Positions 35,407-48,454 are shown, counted from the first letter of the stretch. The stretch is 64,000 nucleotides of DNA from Squalus acanthias (GCA_030390025.1 CM059432.1:144090001-144154000); one strand, 5' to 3'. Program-made: numbers and translations. The notes: generated by a model from the sequence alone, not told the origin.

Positions 35407-36561
35407 TGACAGATCTACTGACTCACTAAGCCTTTAAATTCAATAAAAAAGAGAAGATGCAGGGATAGAAACACCCCACCAGTCACTGTTCCCTCTTGGC
35501 TCCAGGTCTTATCTCGGCCTTCCCTGTTTATTACTGTGACTGCTGAGCAGCAGCTGGAAAATATGCATTTATGTTTGAGCATGTCTGGGACCCGTTCAAA
35601 TTGTCTAATGGGAAAAAAATGTTGTGTGAGGATGTGGAAAAGAGATAGTTTTCCTGTCACTCACTGGGAGGAAATGACATCACCAGTAAATCCATCTCCA
35701 CTGCAATCTTGGCTAAGTGGCCCTTTCGTTCTCGGCTTTGAGAGAGATTATTGTCCTCCCACCCTCCTCTGCATCTTGTGAGCATGTGCTGATTTGGTGT
35801 TAGTTTGTGGAGAGTCTGGAGTGTCTCAGTCCCACTGTTTGTGGAGCCAGGCTACAGATTAGGGCCGTGTTCAGTCTTTTTCAGCTCTCCCAGAACAACC
35901 CACCCACCCTGCCGCAATCGGCCTGTTTTCTGTTGTAACTAATTAGATTGTCTGTCTCCGCCTGTGTCTGGGGACCTCGAGCACAGGCGAGGTGTCACTG
36001 GCTGAGTTGACAGACCACGCAAATACTATTTACTCAAAGGCTCTGAATGTGGACCCAACCGGCAGTCGGGTTATTCTCTACTTGCCGGGTTAATGAAGCA
36101 AAACTCGATCAGCCCAAAATCTCCACGTGCTTTACTTGATTTATAAGCAGCACCATTACTACACGGACTAAAGACAATATTCCAATAACTTTCGATAGTG
36201 AAACAAAGACAGAAACTCAAATAAGGGGACAGCTCCCCTCACAACAGAGGTCCAATAAACATCTAGGAAAAGGGATAAAAAACAACTTAGGAAATGCGTT
36301 AAAGAGTGGTTTGAGGTGCCATTTAAAAAAAAAGGTTTTTGAGTAGATTTAAGATGCTTTTGAAGTATAGAACTCTGTTTAACATTTGCAACCACATTGT
36401 TTATACAATGCCACTGATCAATGGTGAGAGAATTGAAGTGGAGGAGAAAGGCAGTGTGTATAGTAATTGGTGAGGGACAAAAGTCGACAATAACCAAAAC
36501 AATCAATTAGAGAGGAGAAAAATGCAGAGCCTTAACCAAAGAGGGAGAAGAAATATGACAT

Positions 36562-38100
36562 ACTCCAGGGACTTCAGCACATAATCCAGGCTGACGCACC
36601 CAGTGCAATACTGAGGGAGCGCTGTACTGTTGGAGGGGCAGTACTAAGGGAGCGCTGCACTGTCGGAAGGTGAGTACTGAGGGAGTGCTGCACTGTCGGA
36701 GGGGCAGTACTGAGGGAGCGCTGCACTGTCGGAGGGGCAGTACTAAGGGAGCTCTACACTGTCGGAGGGGCAGTACTGGGGGTATGCTGCACTGTCGGAG
36801 GGCCAGTACTGAGGGAGCGCTGTACTGTTGGAGGGGCAGTACTAAGGGAGCGCCGCACTGTCGGAGGGGCAGTACTGAGGGAGTGCTGCACTGTCGGAGG
36901 GCCAGTACTGAGGGAGCGCTGTACTGTTGGAGGGGCAGTACTAAGGGAGCGCCGCACTGTCGGAGGGGCAGTACTGAGGGAGTGCTGTACTGTCGGAGAG
37001 GCACTACTGAGGGAGTGCTGCACTGTTGGGGGTCAGTACTGAGGGAGCGCTGCATTGTTGGAGGGGCAGTACTGAGGGAGCTCTACACTGTCGGAAGGTG
37101 AGTACTGAGGGAGTGCTGTACTGTTGGAGAGGCAGTACTGAGGGAGTGCTGCACTGTCGGGGGGCAGTACTGAGGGAGTGCTGCACTGTTGGAGGGGCAA
37201 CACTGAGAGTGTGCTGCACTGTTGGAGGGGCAGTACTGAGAGTGTGCTGCACTGTTGGAGGGGCAGCACTGAGAGTGTGCTGCACTGTTGGAGGGGCAGT
37301 ACTGAGGCAGTTCTACACTGTCGGAAGGTGAGTACTGAGGGAGTGCTGCACTGTCGGAGGGGCAGTACCGAGGGTGTACTGAACTGTCGGAGGGACAGTA
37401 CTGAGGGTGTGCTGCACTGTCAGAGGGACAGTACTGAGGGAGTGCTGTACTGTCAGAGGGGCAGTACTGAGGGTGTGCTGCACTGTCAGTGGGGCAGTAC
37501 TGAGGGAGCGCTGCACTGTCAGAGGGGCAGTACTGAGGGAGTGCTGCACTGTCAGTGGGGCAGTACTGAGGGAGCGCTGCACTGTCGGGGGGCAGTTCTG
37601 AGGGTGTGCTGCACTGTTGGAGGGGCAGCACTGAGAGTGTGCTGCACTGTTGGAGGGGCAGCACTGAGAGTGTGCTGCACTGTTGGAGGGGCAGTACTGA
37701 GGCAGTTCTACACTGTCGGAAGGTGAGTACTGAGGGTGTGCTGCACTGTCAGAGGGACAGTACTGAGGGAGTGCTGTACTGTCAGAGGGGCAGTACTGAG
37801 GGTGTGCTGCACTGTCAGTGGGGCAGTACTGAGGGAGCGCTGCACTGTCAGAGGGGCAGTACTGAGGGAGTGCTGCACTGTCGGGGGGCAGTTCTGAGGG
37901 TGTGCTGCACTGTTGGAGGGGCAGTACTGAGGATGTGTTGCACTGTCAGAGGTGCCGTCTTTCAGTTGAGATGTTAAACTGAGACCCCATCTGCCCTCTC
38001 AGGTGGATGTAAAAGTTCCCATTGCACTACTGGAAGAAGTGCAGGGGAGTTCTCCCTGGTGTCCTGGCCAATATTTATCCCTCAACCAACATCACTAAAA
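36562..38100 (+). mobile_element. DeuSINE-like SINE containing an internally expanded 33-bp array
   Basis: SINE sequence ATAATCCAGGCTGAC before the array and GGTGCCGTCTTTCAG..CCCTCAACCAACATCACTAAAA after it. Confidence 0.88.
36604..37952. repeat. 33-bp minisatellite, roughly 40 units
   Basis: Unit GCAGTACTGAGGGAGTGCTGCACTGTCGGAGGG; appears as an 11-aa repeat in the ORF track. Confidence 0.97.
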
Positions 38101-38170
38101 CTGATTAAAAAGGTGTTGGATTGTTGCAAAAACCCAACTGGTTCACAACTGTCCTTACCTGGTCTGGCCT

Positions 38171-38625
38171 AAGAACACAGGAACAGGAGGAAGTCATTCA
38201 GCCCCTCGAGCCTGCTCCGCAATCAATTAGATCCTGGCTGATCTGTACCTCAACTCCATTTACCCGCCTTTGCTCCATATCCCTTGATACCCTAACCCAA
38301 CAATCTGTCGATCTCAGGGTTAAAAGCTCCAACTGACCCCCAGCATCCACAGCTATTTGGAGAGAGAGTTCCACATTTCCACGACCATTTGTGTGAAGAA
38401 GTGCTTCCTGATTTCACCCCTGAACGGCCTGGCTCTAATTTTAAGATTGTGCCCCCTTGTTCTGGACTCCCCCCACCAGAGGAAATAGTTTCTCCGTATT
38501 TACCCTATCGAATCCCTTTTATCATTTAAAACACCTCGATCAGATCACCCCTCAACCTTCTAAACTCCAGGGAATACAAGCCCAGTCTATGCAACCTATC
38601 CTCATAATATAACCCTCTAAGCCCT
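38171..38625 (-). mobile_element. CR1 LINE 3' fragment
   Basis: Homologous to 33885-34400 and to the reverse complement of 13371-13757. Confidence 0.9.
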
Positions 38626-38903
38626 GTCCTCACCCAGCAGTCAGGAGGGCACAATAAGAAATGTTTTCGCTTCCCTGCTCTGAGCACTGTAAACAGTTAC
38701 TGCCCTGACTGAGACAGACTAACTCGAATCCGGATATGAGTCAACCCTGGGATTGTCCACTCTGTATAGTTTTATATTACGGCAAACATGCCTTCAGAGC
38801 ACAGGCACAGGAGGAGGCCATTCCGCCCCTCGAGCCTGTTCCGCCATTCAATTAGATCATGGCTGATCTGTATCTTAACCCCATCTACCTGATATGGTTC
38901 CAT

Positions 38904-39797
38904 GGGGGAAAAATTCAGTTGGTTGCGCCTCCCGTTAGCGCCTTAAGAGGGCGCTAATGGGGCGCAAAGCAGCTAGCGCCCAGGGCGCGGCGATGTTTGC
39001 GCCGCTCGCGAAATTAACTAGACATTTTGCGGCGACGCTAAACACTACCGCCACGATCTCCTGCGCCGGCAGATCGTGATGTCAGTCGAGTGCGCAACGC
39101 CCCGGTAGCGCCCTGGAGTGGATATTGAGTGGCGCCCCCTGCCTTACCGCCTGCCGCTAGCAATGACAGGTTGAGGGGAGCGTTTTGCAGTCAGGAAGTT
39201 ACTGGGGGAGCGCTATTTAAAGGCGACCGCTTCCTGCCTTTTATTGTTGGTGACATTTTTGAACCACGCATTCTGAGAGAGAGAGAGAGAGACTTCTGGA
39301 GAGATTCAACGCTGTGTGAAGGAGTTTTGGGGACTGAGCAGCACTTTGCAGGTTCATTTTGATTTGCCCTTCCTTGTATCGATTTAGAAGAGACTGTGGG
39401 GGCTGCACTCTGAGCTCTTTCCCTGGGTCTCTCCATTGTTCTTTCCAGCAGATTTGATGTACAAGTCTCTCCAGGCTGAGATTCAAGGCTGCAATGAGCA
39501 GGATGTGGATGGAAAGCAAGATCAACCCTCCCCTTTAAGAACTGACCGGGGCCATTGTGTGTGTGTTCCATTGCTGACTGACATCACATGAGCTTCGCCA
39601 GCGCTCTGAGGTAGCGCCTCACTCTTCGGCCTTTGCGCCTTAAGACAGGTGTGAAGCGCCTGATTTAGCGCTCCAATCACCTCCAGGGGCGATAAAAGTC
39701 AAGTTTGCAGTCGGTGGCGATAATTAGCGCCAGGCGCTAATCTTTGCGCCCGGCCGATAATTGCGCCCCAAATGGGGCGATACTGAATTTCTCCCCC
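38904..39797 (+). mobile_element. Non-autonomous Harbinger-like DNA transposon, family A copy 2 (894 bp)
   Basis: TIR GGGGGAAAAATTCAG / CTGAATTTCTCCCCC (14/15); CAT TSD (38901-03, 39798-800); splits a CR1 3' end. Confidence 0.92.
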
Positions 39798-40589
39798 CAT
39801 ATCCCTTGCACAAAAAATCTATCAGTCTCGGTGTTGATCTGCGAGCTGTTGGTGGAGTTTGTCAGTTATTTTATCTTGTGTGAATAAGACAGAGTTTATT
39901 AAGAGAAGGAAGGAAGAGGTAACTTGGCAGTGAGCGTCCTTTAAAAAATAGTGATGAATTTTCCCCGTTATTTTTAACTAAGCTGATTTTAAAACAAATG
40001 AAAAGGAGATACTGTCTGTCTGATGAGAAACTGGAACCAGGGGAGCATTAAATGACGTAAGGTAGGGTTTGAGGCAGTGATGGTGAGCTTCTCTGAGCTT
40101 TGGTTAGGATTAAGACATCACAGATGGATGAGGAACTGTTGGTGGATCGATTAACGTTGAGACACGTGGGATTTGGGCGATCACCCATTTACAAACTAGA
40201 GGAGAGGCAGGAGAGCTGTGCGAGGAGGAATTACTCCCCGTGCTAATGGCTCCGAAACTCTTCTGTAATTCATGTTGTTTGAGCAGCAATCGGAATGATC
40301 TGAATGGGGAGGGGGGGTCAGTAAATGTTTTTTGCATAAATCTTTCTGGATGGAGTTAAGTAACTCGCAGACTGTCTCCCCAGGGACTGCACTAAAGGTA
40401 TTGTTTGAAAATCTAATATATAGTTTATTTGCTCGATTGGTGCTGCGCTGTGCAGTTCTTGCAGTCCCGGCTCCCCAGCCCATTACTCCATTAATGCTCC
40501 ATTACTGAAATTAGCACTGGGGGTGGGGCAGCTCTGAGAACACTAGACTTCCCCTCTCTCTGCAGCTCAGCTCAGCCCAGCCCAGCCTC

Positions 40590-43500
40590 CCCCCCACATT
40601 CCCAGCTTCCCCACATTCCCAGCTTCCCCCACATTCCCAGACACCCTCCACATTCCCAGCTTCCCCCACATTCCCAGACTCCCCACATTCCCAGCTTCCC
40701 CACATTCCCAGCTTCCCCCACATTCCCAGCTTCCCCCACATTCCCAGACTCCCTCCACATTCCCAGCTTCCCTCCACATTCCAGACACCCTCCACATTCC
40801 CAGCTTCCCCCACATTCCCAGCTTCCCCACATTCCCAGCTTCCCCCACATTCCCAGCTTCCCCCACATTCCCAGACTCCCTCCACATTCCCAGCTTCCCC
40901 AACATTCCCAGACTCCCTCCACATTCCCAGCTTCCCCCACATTCCCAGACACCCTCCACATTCCCAGCTTCCCCTCACATTCCCAGCTTCCCCACATTCC
41001 CAGACACCCTCCACATTCCCAGACTCCCTCCACATTCCCAGCTTCCACCACATTCCCAGACTCCCTCCACATTCCCAGCTTCCCCCACATTCCCAGACAC
41101 CCTCCACATTCCCAGCTACCCCACATTCCCAGACACCCTCCACATTCCCAGCTTCCCCACATTCCCAGACACACTCCACATTCCCAGAATCCCCCACATT
41201 CCCAGAATCCCCCACATTCCCAGACTCCCTCCACATTCCCAGAATCCCCCACATTCCCAGACTCCCTCCACATTCCCAGCCTCTCTTCACATTGCCAGCT
41301 TCCCTCCACATTCCCAGCCTCTCTCCACATTCCCAGCCTCTCTCCACATTCACAGAATCCCCCACATTCCCAGCTTCCTCCCACATTCCCAGAATCCCCC
41401 ATATTCCTAGCCTCTCCCCACATTCCCAGCTTCCCTCCACATTCCCAGCCTCTCTCCACATTCCCAGCCTCTCTCCACATTCCCAGCTTCCCTCCACATT
41501 CCCAGAATCCTCCACATTCCCAGCCTCTCTCCACATTCCCAGCCTCTCTCCACATTCCCAGCTTCCCTCCACATTCCCAGCCTCTCTCTATATTCCCAGA
41601 CACCCTCCACATTCCCAGACACCCTCCACATTCCCAGAATCCCCCACATTCCCAGAATCCCCCACATTCCCAGCTTCCCCCACATTCCCAGCTTCCCCAC
41701 ATTCCCAGCTTTCCCCACATTCCCAGACACCCTCCACATTCCCAGACACCCTCCACATTCCCAGACACCCTCCACATTCCCAGAATCCCCCACATTCCCA
41801 GACACCCTCCACATTCCCAGCTTCCCCCACATTCCCAGACACCCTCTACATTCCCAGCTTCCCCCACATTCCCAGACACCCTCCACATTCCCAGAATCCC
41901 CCACATTCCCAGAATCCCCACATTCCCAGACTCCCTCCACATTCCCAGAATCACCCACATTCCCAGACTCCCTCCACATTCCCAGCTTCTCTTCACATTC
42001 CCAGCCTCTCCCCACATTCCCAGCCTCTCTTCACATTCCCAGCTTCCCTCCACATTCCCAGCCTCTCTCCACATTCCCAGCCTCTCCACATTCCCAGCTT
42101 TCCTCCACATTCCCAGCCTCTCTCCACATTCCCAGAATCCCCCACATTCCCAGCTTTCTCCCGCATTCCCAGAATCCCCCATATTCCTTGCCTCTCCCCA
42201 CATTCCCAGCTTCCCTCCACATTCCCAGCCTCTCCCCACATTCCCAGCCTCTCCCCACATTCCCAGCTTCCCTCCACATTCCCAGCTTCCCTCCACATTC
42301 CCAGAATCCCCCACATTCCCAGCCTCTCCACATTCCCAGCCTCTCTCCACATTCTCAGCTTCCCTCCACATTCCCAGACACCCTCCACATTCCCAGAATC
42401 CCTCACATTCCCAGACACCCTCCACATTCCCAGCTTCCCCCACATTCCCAGACACCCTCTACATTCCCAGCTTCCCCCACATTCCCAGACACCCTCCACA
42501 TTCCCAGAATCCCCCACATTCCCAGAATCCCCACATTCCCAGACTCCCTCCACATTCCCAGACTCCCTCCACATTCCCAGCCTCTCTTCACATTCCCAGC
42601 CTCTCCCCACATTCCCAGCCTCTCTTCACATTCCCAGCTTCCCTCCACATTCCCAGCCTCTCTCCACATTCCCAGCCTCTCTTCACATTCCCAGCCTCTC
42701 CCCACATTACCAGCCTCTCTCCACATTCCCAGCTTCCCTCCACATTCCCAGCTTCCCCACATTCCCAGCTTCCCCCACATTCCCAGCTTCCCCCACATTC
42801 CCAGACTCCCTCCACATTCCCAGCTTCCCTCCACATTCCAGACACCCTCCACATTCCCAGCTTCCCCCACATTCCCAGCTTCCCCACATTCCCAGCTTCC
42901 CCCACATTCCCAGCTTCCCCCACATTCCCAGACTCCCTCCACATTCCCAGCTTCCCCAACATTCCCAGACTCCCTCCACATTCCCAGCTTCCCCCACATT
43001 CCCAGACACCCTCCACATTCCCAGCTTCCCCTCACATTCCCAGCTTCCCCACATTCCCAGACACCCTCCACATTCCCAGACTCCCTCCACATTCCCAGCT
43101 TCCACCACATTCCCAGACTCCCTCCACATTCCCAGCTTCCCCCACATTCCCAGACATCCTCCACATTCCCAGCTACCCCACATTCCCAGACACCCTCCAC
43201 ATTCCCAGCTTCCCCACATTCCCAGACACACTCCACATTCCCAGAATCCCCCACATTCCCAGAATCCCCCACATTCCCAGACTCCCTCCACATTCCCAGA
43301 ATCCCCCACATTCCCAGACTCCCTCCACATTCCCAGCCTCTCTTCACATTGCCAGCTTCCCTCCACATTCCCAGCCTCTCTCCACATTCCCAGCCTCTCT
43401 CCACATTCACAGAATCCCCCACATTCCCAGCTTCCTCCCACATTCCCAGAATCCCCCATATTCCTAGCCTCTCCCCACATTCCCAGCTTCCCTCCACATT

Positions 43501-45184
43501 CCCAGCCTCTCTCCACATTCCCAGCCTCTCTCCACATTCCCAGCTTCCCTCCACATTCCCGGAATCCTCCACATTCCCAGCCTCTCTCCACATTCCCAGC
43601 CTCTCTCCACATTCCCAGCTTCCCTCCACATTCCCAGCCTCTCTCTATATTCCCAGACACCCTCCACATTCCCAGACACCCTCCACATTCCCAGAATCCC
43701 CCACATTCCCAGAATCCCCCACATTCCCAGCTTCCCCACATTCCCAGCTTTCCCCACATTCCCAGACACCCTCCACATTCCCAGACACCCTCCACATTCC
43801 CAGACACCCTCCACATTCCCAGAATCCCCCACATTCCCAGACACCCTCCACATTCCCAGCTTCCCCCACATTCCCAGACACCCTCTACATTCCCAGCTTC
43901 CCCCACATTCCCAGACACCCTCCACATTCCCAGAATCCCCCACATTCCCAGAATCCCCACATTCCCAGACTCCCTCCACATTCCCAGAATCACCCACATT
44001 CCCAGACTCCCTCCACATTCCCAGCTTCTCTTCACATTCCCAGCCTCTCCCCACATTCCCAGCCTCTCTTCACATTCCCAGCTTCCCTCCACATTCCCAG
44101 CCTCTCTCCACATTCCCAGCCTCTCCACATTCCCAGCTTTCCTCCACATTCCCAGCCTCTCTCCACATTCCCAGAATCCCCCACATTCCCAGCTTTCTCC
44201 CGCATTCCCAGAATCCCCCATATTCCTTGCCTCTCCCCACATTCCCAGCTTCCCTCCACATTCCCAGCCTCTCCCCACATTCCCAGCCTCTCCCCACATT
44301 CCCAGCTTCCCTCCACATTCCCAGCTTCCCTCCACATTCCCAGAATCCCCCACATTCCCAGCCTCTCCACATTCCCAGCCTCTCTCCACATTCTCAGCTT
44401 CCCTCCACATTCCCAGACACCCTCCACATTCCCAGAATCCCCCACATTCCCAGACACCCTCCACATTCCCAGCTTCCCCCACATTCCCAGACACCCTCTA
44501 CATTCCCAGCTTCCCCCACATTCCCAGACACCCTCCACATTCCCAGAATCCCCCACATTCCCAGAATCCCCACATTCCCAGACTCCCTCCACATTCCCAG
44601 ACTCCCTCCACATTCCCAGCCTCTCTTCACATTCCCAGCCTCTCCCCACATTCCCAGCCTCTCTTCACATTCCCAGCTTCCCTCCACATTCCCAGCCTCT
44701 CTCCACATTCCCAGCCTCTCTTCACATTCCCAGCCTCTCCCCACATTACCAGCCTCTCTCCACATTCCCAGCTTCCCTCCACATTCCCAGCTTCCCTCCA
44801 CATTCCCAGAATCCCCCACATTCCCAGCCTCTCTCCACATTCCCAGCCTCCCTCCACATTCCCAGCCTCTCTCCACATTCCCAGAATCCCCCACATTCCC
44901 AGCCTCTCTCCACATTCCCAGCCTCTCTCCACATTCCCAGCTTCCCTCCACATTCCCAGCTTCCCTCCACATTCCCAGAATTCCCCACATTCCCAGCCTC
45001 TCTCCACATTCCCAGCCTCTCCCCACATTCCCAGCCTCTCCCCACATTCCCAGCCTCGCCCCACATTCCCAGCTTCCCTCCACATTCCCAGAATCCCTCA
45101 CATTCCCAGCTTCCCTCCACATTCCCAGAATCCCCCACATTCCCAGCCTCTCTCCACATTCCCAGCCTCTCTCCACATTCCCAG
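40590..45184. repeat. Satellite, 18-19-bp units with constant core CACATTCCCAG, ~4.6 kb
   Basis: Core followed by a small set of 7-8-bp variants (CTTCCCC, ACTCCCTC, ACACCCTC, AATCCCC, CCTCTCTC). Confidence 0.98.
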
Positions 45185-45439
45185 TTGACATCTCTGTTTT
45201 AATAACGCTGCACATTGATGTGAGTCTGTTAGGTTAATGGATGCAACAATTTAATATCAAGTGGGATCCACAAACAGACATTCTCCACTAAAATGTTATA
45301 TACAGACACAATCCGCTGTATTCTGGCTGTTGAGAAATTCTGTTATAAATTGATATTTGTTTGCTACTAATTAGCAATTTGTGTGTTTTTAAATGAGTTG
45401 CCAAATCTCTCACTCTCGGTCTGTCTTTCTCCATCTGGC

Positions 45440-45703
45440 TCTTTCTTTCTCTCTCTTTCTCTCTGTCTCTCTCCCTCTGTTTCTGTCTCCTTCTGTCTCT
45501 GTTTCTCTCTGTCTCTCTCTCTCTTTCTTTCTGTCTGTCTCTCTATGTCTCTCTCTCCCTCTCTGTCTCTGCCTCTGTCTCTCTCTCTGTCACTCTCTGT
45601 CTCTCTCTGTCTCTCTCTCTCTCTCTGTCACTCTCTGTCTCTCTCTGTATCTCTCTCTCTCTGTCTCTCTCTCTCTGTCTCCCTGTCTCTGTCTCTCTCT
45701 GTG

Positions 45704-45739
<36 letters not shown>

Positions 45740-45838
45740 GGTGTCTGCCTCTCTCTGTCTCTCTCTCTCTGTCACTCTCTCTCTCTCGCTTTCTCTCTCT
45801 GTCACTTTCTCTCTCGCTCTCTCTCTCGCTCTCTCTGT
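45440..45838. repeat. Compound (CT)n/(CTGT)n microsatellite
   Basis: Polypyrimidine dinucleotide tract. Confidence 0.96.
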
Positions 45839-46255
45839 CCGGTTCTGGCTCACCATTTAGTTGTTTCCAGCAGGCTGTGGAATTGTGTTCATGCCGCACT
45901 CTCTTCCAATCAGCCTTGTTACCTCAGTTATCTTTGCCTTTAGTTATCTACCAGTGCCCTTCACTCTGTAGATGTGGTGAGCTTCCGTACTGTTTGGGAC
46001 AATCATTTAACGCTTTATTACAATTCAGCTCCAAAAAATAAATTCTTTATGCCATGGGTCAAACTTTGATTTAAACCACAAGTACCAGAGCTAAAGCACA
46101 GTGTTGCAACAGCGTGTACCCAGCACCAGAAAACCTTCACCAGTTCCTTCACCAATTACAAGAGTGTCCCTCGTTTTATAGTTTGGTCGCATGTCAAAAA
46201 TGTTGCACACCATTACCATGGAATTGCGTAGAACAGTTGTTAAGTTAAAGATATT

Positions 46256-47152
46256 GGGGGAAAAATTCAGTATCACCCCGTTTGGGGCGCAATTATCGGC
46301 CAGGCGCAAAGATTAGCGCCTGGCGCTAATTATCACCTCCGACTGCAAACTTGACTTTTATCGCCCCTGGAGGTGATTGGAGCGCTAAATCAGGCGCTAC
46401 ACATCTGTCTTAAGGCGCAAAGGCCGAGGAGCGAGGCGCTACCTCAGAGCGCTGGTGAAGCTCATGTAATGTCAGTCAGCAATGGAACACAGACACACTG
46501 GCACGGGCCAGTTCTTAAAGGGGAGGGTTGATCTTGCTTTCCATCCACATCCTGCTCATTGCAGCCTTGAATCTCGGCCTGGAGAGACCTGTACATCAAA
46601 TCTGCTGGAAAGAACAATGGAGAGACCCAGGGAAAGAGCTCAGAGTGCAGCCCCCACAGTCTCTGCTAAATCGATACAAGAAAGGGCAAATCAAAATGAA
46701 CCTGCAAAGTGCTTCTCAGTACCCAAAACTCCTTCACACAGCGTTGAATCTCTCCAGAAGTCTCTCTCTCTCTCTCTCTCTCAGAATGCGTGGTTCAAAA
46801 ATGTCACCAACAAAAAAAGGCAGGAAGCGGTCGCCTTTAAATAGCACTCCCCCAGTCCCTTCCTGACTGCAAAACACTCCCCTCAACCTGTCGTTGCTAG
46901 CGGCAGGCGGTAAGGCAGGGGGGGCCACTCAATATCCGCTCCGGGGCGCTACCGGGGCGTTGCGCACTCGACTGACGTCACGATCTGCTGGCGCAGGAGA
47001 TCGTGGCGGTAGTGTTTAGCGCCGCCGCAAAATGTCTAGTTAATTTCGCGAGCGGCGCAAACATCGCCGCGCCCGGGCGCTAGTTGCTTTGCGCCCCATT
47101 AGCGCCCTCTTAAGGCGCTAACGGGAGGCGCAACCAACTGAATTTTTCCCCC
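46256..47152 (-). mobile_element. Non-autonomous Harbinger-like DNA transposon, family A copy 3 (897 bp, inverted)
   Basis: Perfect 15-bp TIR GGGGGAAAAATTCAG / CTGAATTTTTCCCCC; ATT TSD (46253-55, 47153-55). Confidence 0.93.
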
Positions 47153-47189
47153 ATTGTGGCTAAAAGCAATTATATAAATACAACACTTT

Positions 47190-47640
47190 TTATTTATATA
47201 GCGCCGTTAACGTAGTCAAATGCCCCAAGGCATTTCACAAGAGCGATTATCAAACAAAATTTGATGCCCAGCCACATAAGGAGATATGAGGACAGGTGAG
47301 AGGTAGGTTTTAAGGAGCATCTTAAAGGAGGAGAGAGAGGTGGAGAGGTTTAGGGAGGGAATTCCAGAGCTTAGGGCCGAGGCAACAGAAGGCACGGCCA
47401 CCAATGGTGGAGCGATGGAAATCTGGGATGCTCAAGAGACCAGAATTGGAGGAGCGCAGAGATCTCAGAGGGTTGTAGGGCTGGAGGAGGTTACAGAAAT
47501 AGAGAAGGGCGAGGCCATGGAGGGATTGGAACACAAGGATGAGAATTTTGAAATTGAGGTGTTGCCAGACTGGGAGCCAATGTAGGTCAGCGAGCTCAGG
47601 GGGTGATGGGTGAACAGGACATGGTGCAAGTTAGGATACA
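47190..47640 (-). mobile_element. L2 LINE 3' fragment
   Basis: FQSLHGLA..NLLQPYNPLRSLRSSNSGLL..STIGGRAFCCLGPKLWNSLP. Confidence 0.92.
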
Positions 47641-48454
47641 AAGGCTAAGTGACCACTCCAACAATGTTAGCCCAGATCTTTATAAACTTAAAATACTCTG
47701 GTGCAGTTCTCAGCTGGGATCTTGTCTCTAGGACTAAGCCAATCACTGGCGAGAGTCTGCATGTCACAGAAAGTCACTGTGCAGTAAGGATGCAGCTAAT
47801 AACTTCAAAGTTTGTGCATGGAACTCAAAACAACCACTCATTCCATTCAGAATCAAATCAGATGCTGCTGCTGTGTGAAGGGTTGGGGAGAGAGAGCAGG
47901 AGGGGGAGAGCGTCGGGGGAGAGAGAAAGAGAGAGTGCGGGAGGAGAGAGAGAGCGCGGCGGGGGGGGGGAGAGCGTGGGGGAGAGTGGGGAGAGGGAGG
48001 GGGAGAGAGAGCCTGGGGGAGGGGGAATATCAGGGGGAGAGCAGGGGGAGGGGTGTCCTGTATTTAGAGCTCATTGGCAGTATGCTGCCAAGCTAGTGAA
48101 TGCCAGAGATTGTACAGTGAAGTAAAAATAGCCGTGAAGTCCTGAATCTGTGCTGCTGTGCTGACGCCATTGTGTGCCATCTGGTTATAGGGCTACGCTG
48201 GTGAAAGATGGTCCATAAAGAGCCTTTCACTGCGGTTCACTGCCTGGGTTTAATGACTAGGTGCCATCCCATAGAACGCTGCCTCTGCACTTTGACCTCT
48301 TCAGGATGAGGTGGGTTGGGTGGGAGGGGGTGGGTGGCTGTGAGCGAACGGCCGCTCTTCACGTTGTTGGGTGGCACAGCGCCCGATCTCCCCAACACCC
48401 TGCGCCCTGTAGCGGGGAGAATGCTGGGCTCTGTGTCTGTTCCCCACACAATCA

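Noticed and set aside
40590..45184. CRISPR-like constant repeat with variable spacer
   Set aside because: Spacers are 7-8 bp, reused from a small set; no cas genes; eukaryotic context
40511..45237. Very long ORFs (up to 1298 aa) on both strands
   Set aside because: Stop-free translations of the 18-19-bp satellite, open in many frames at once, no unique domain
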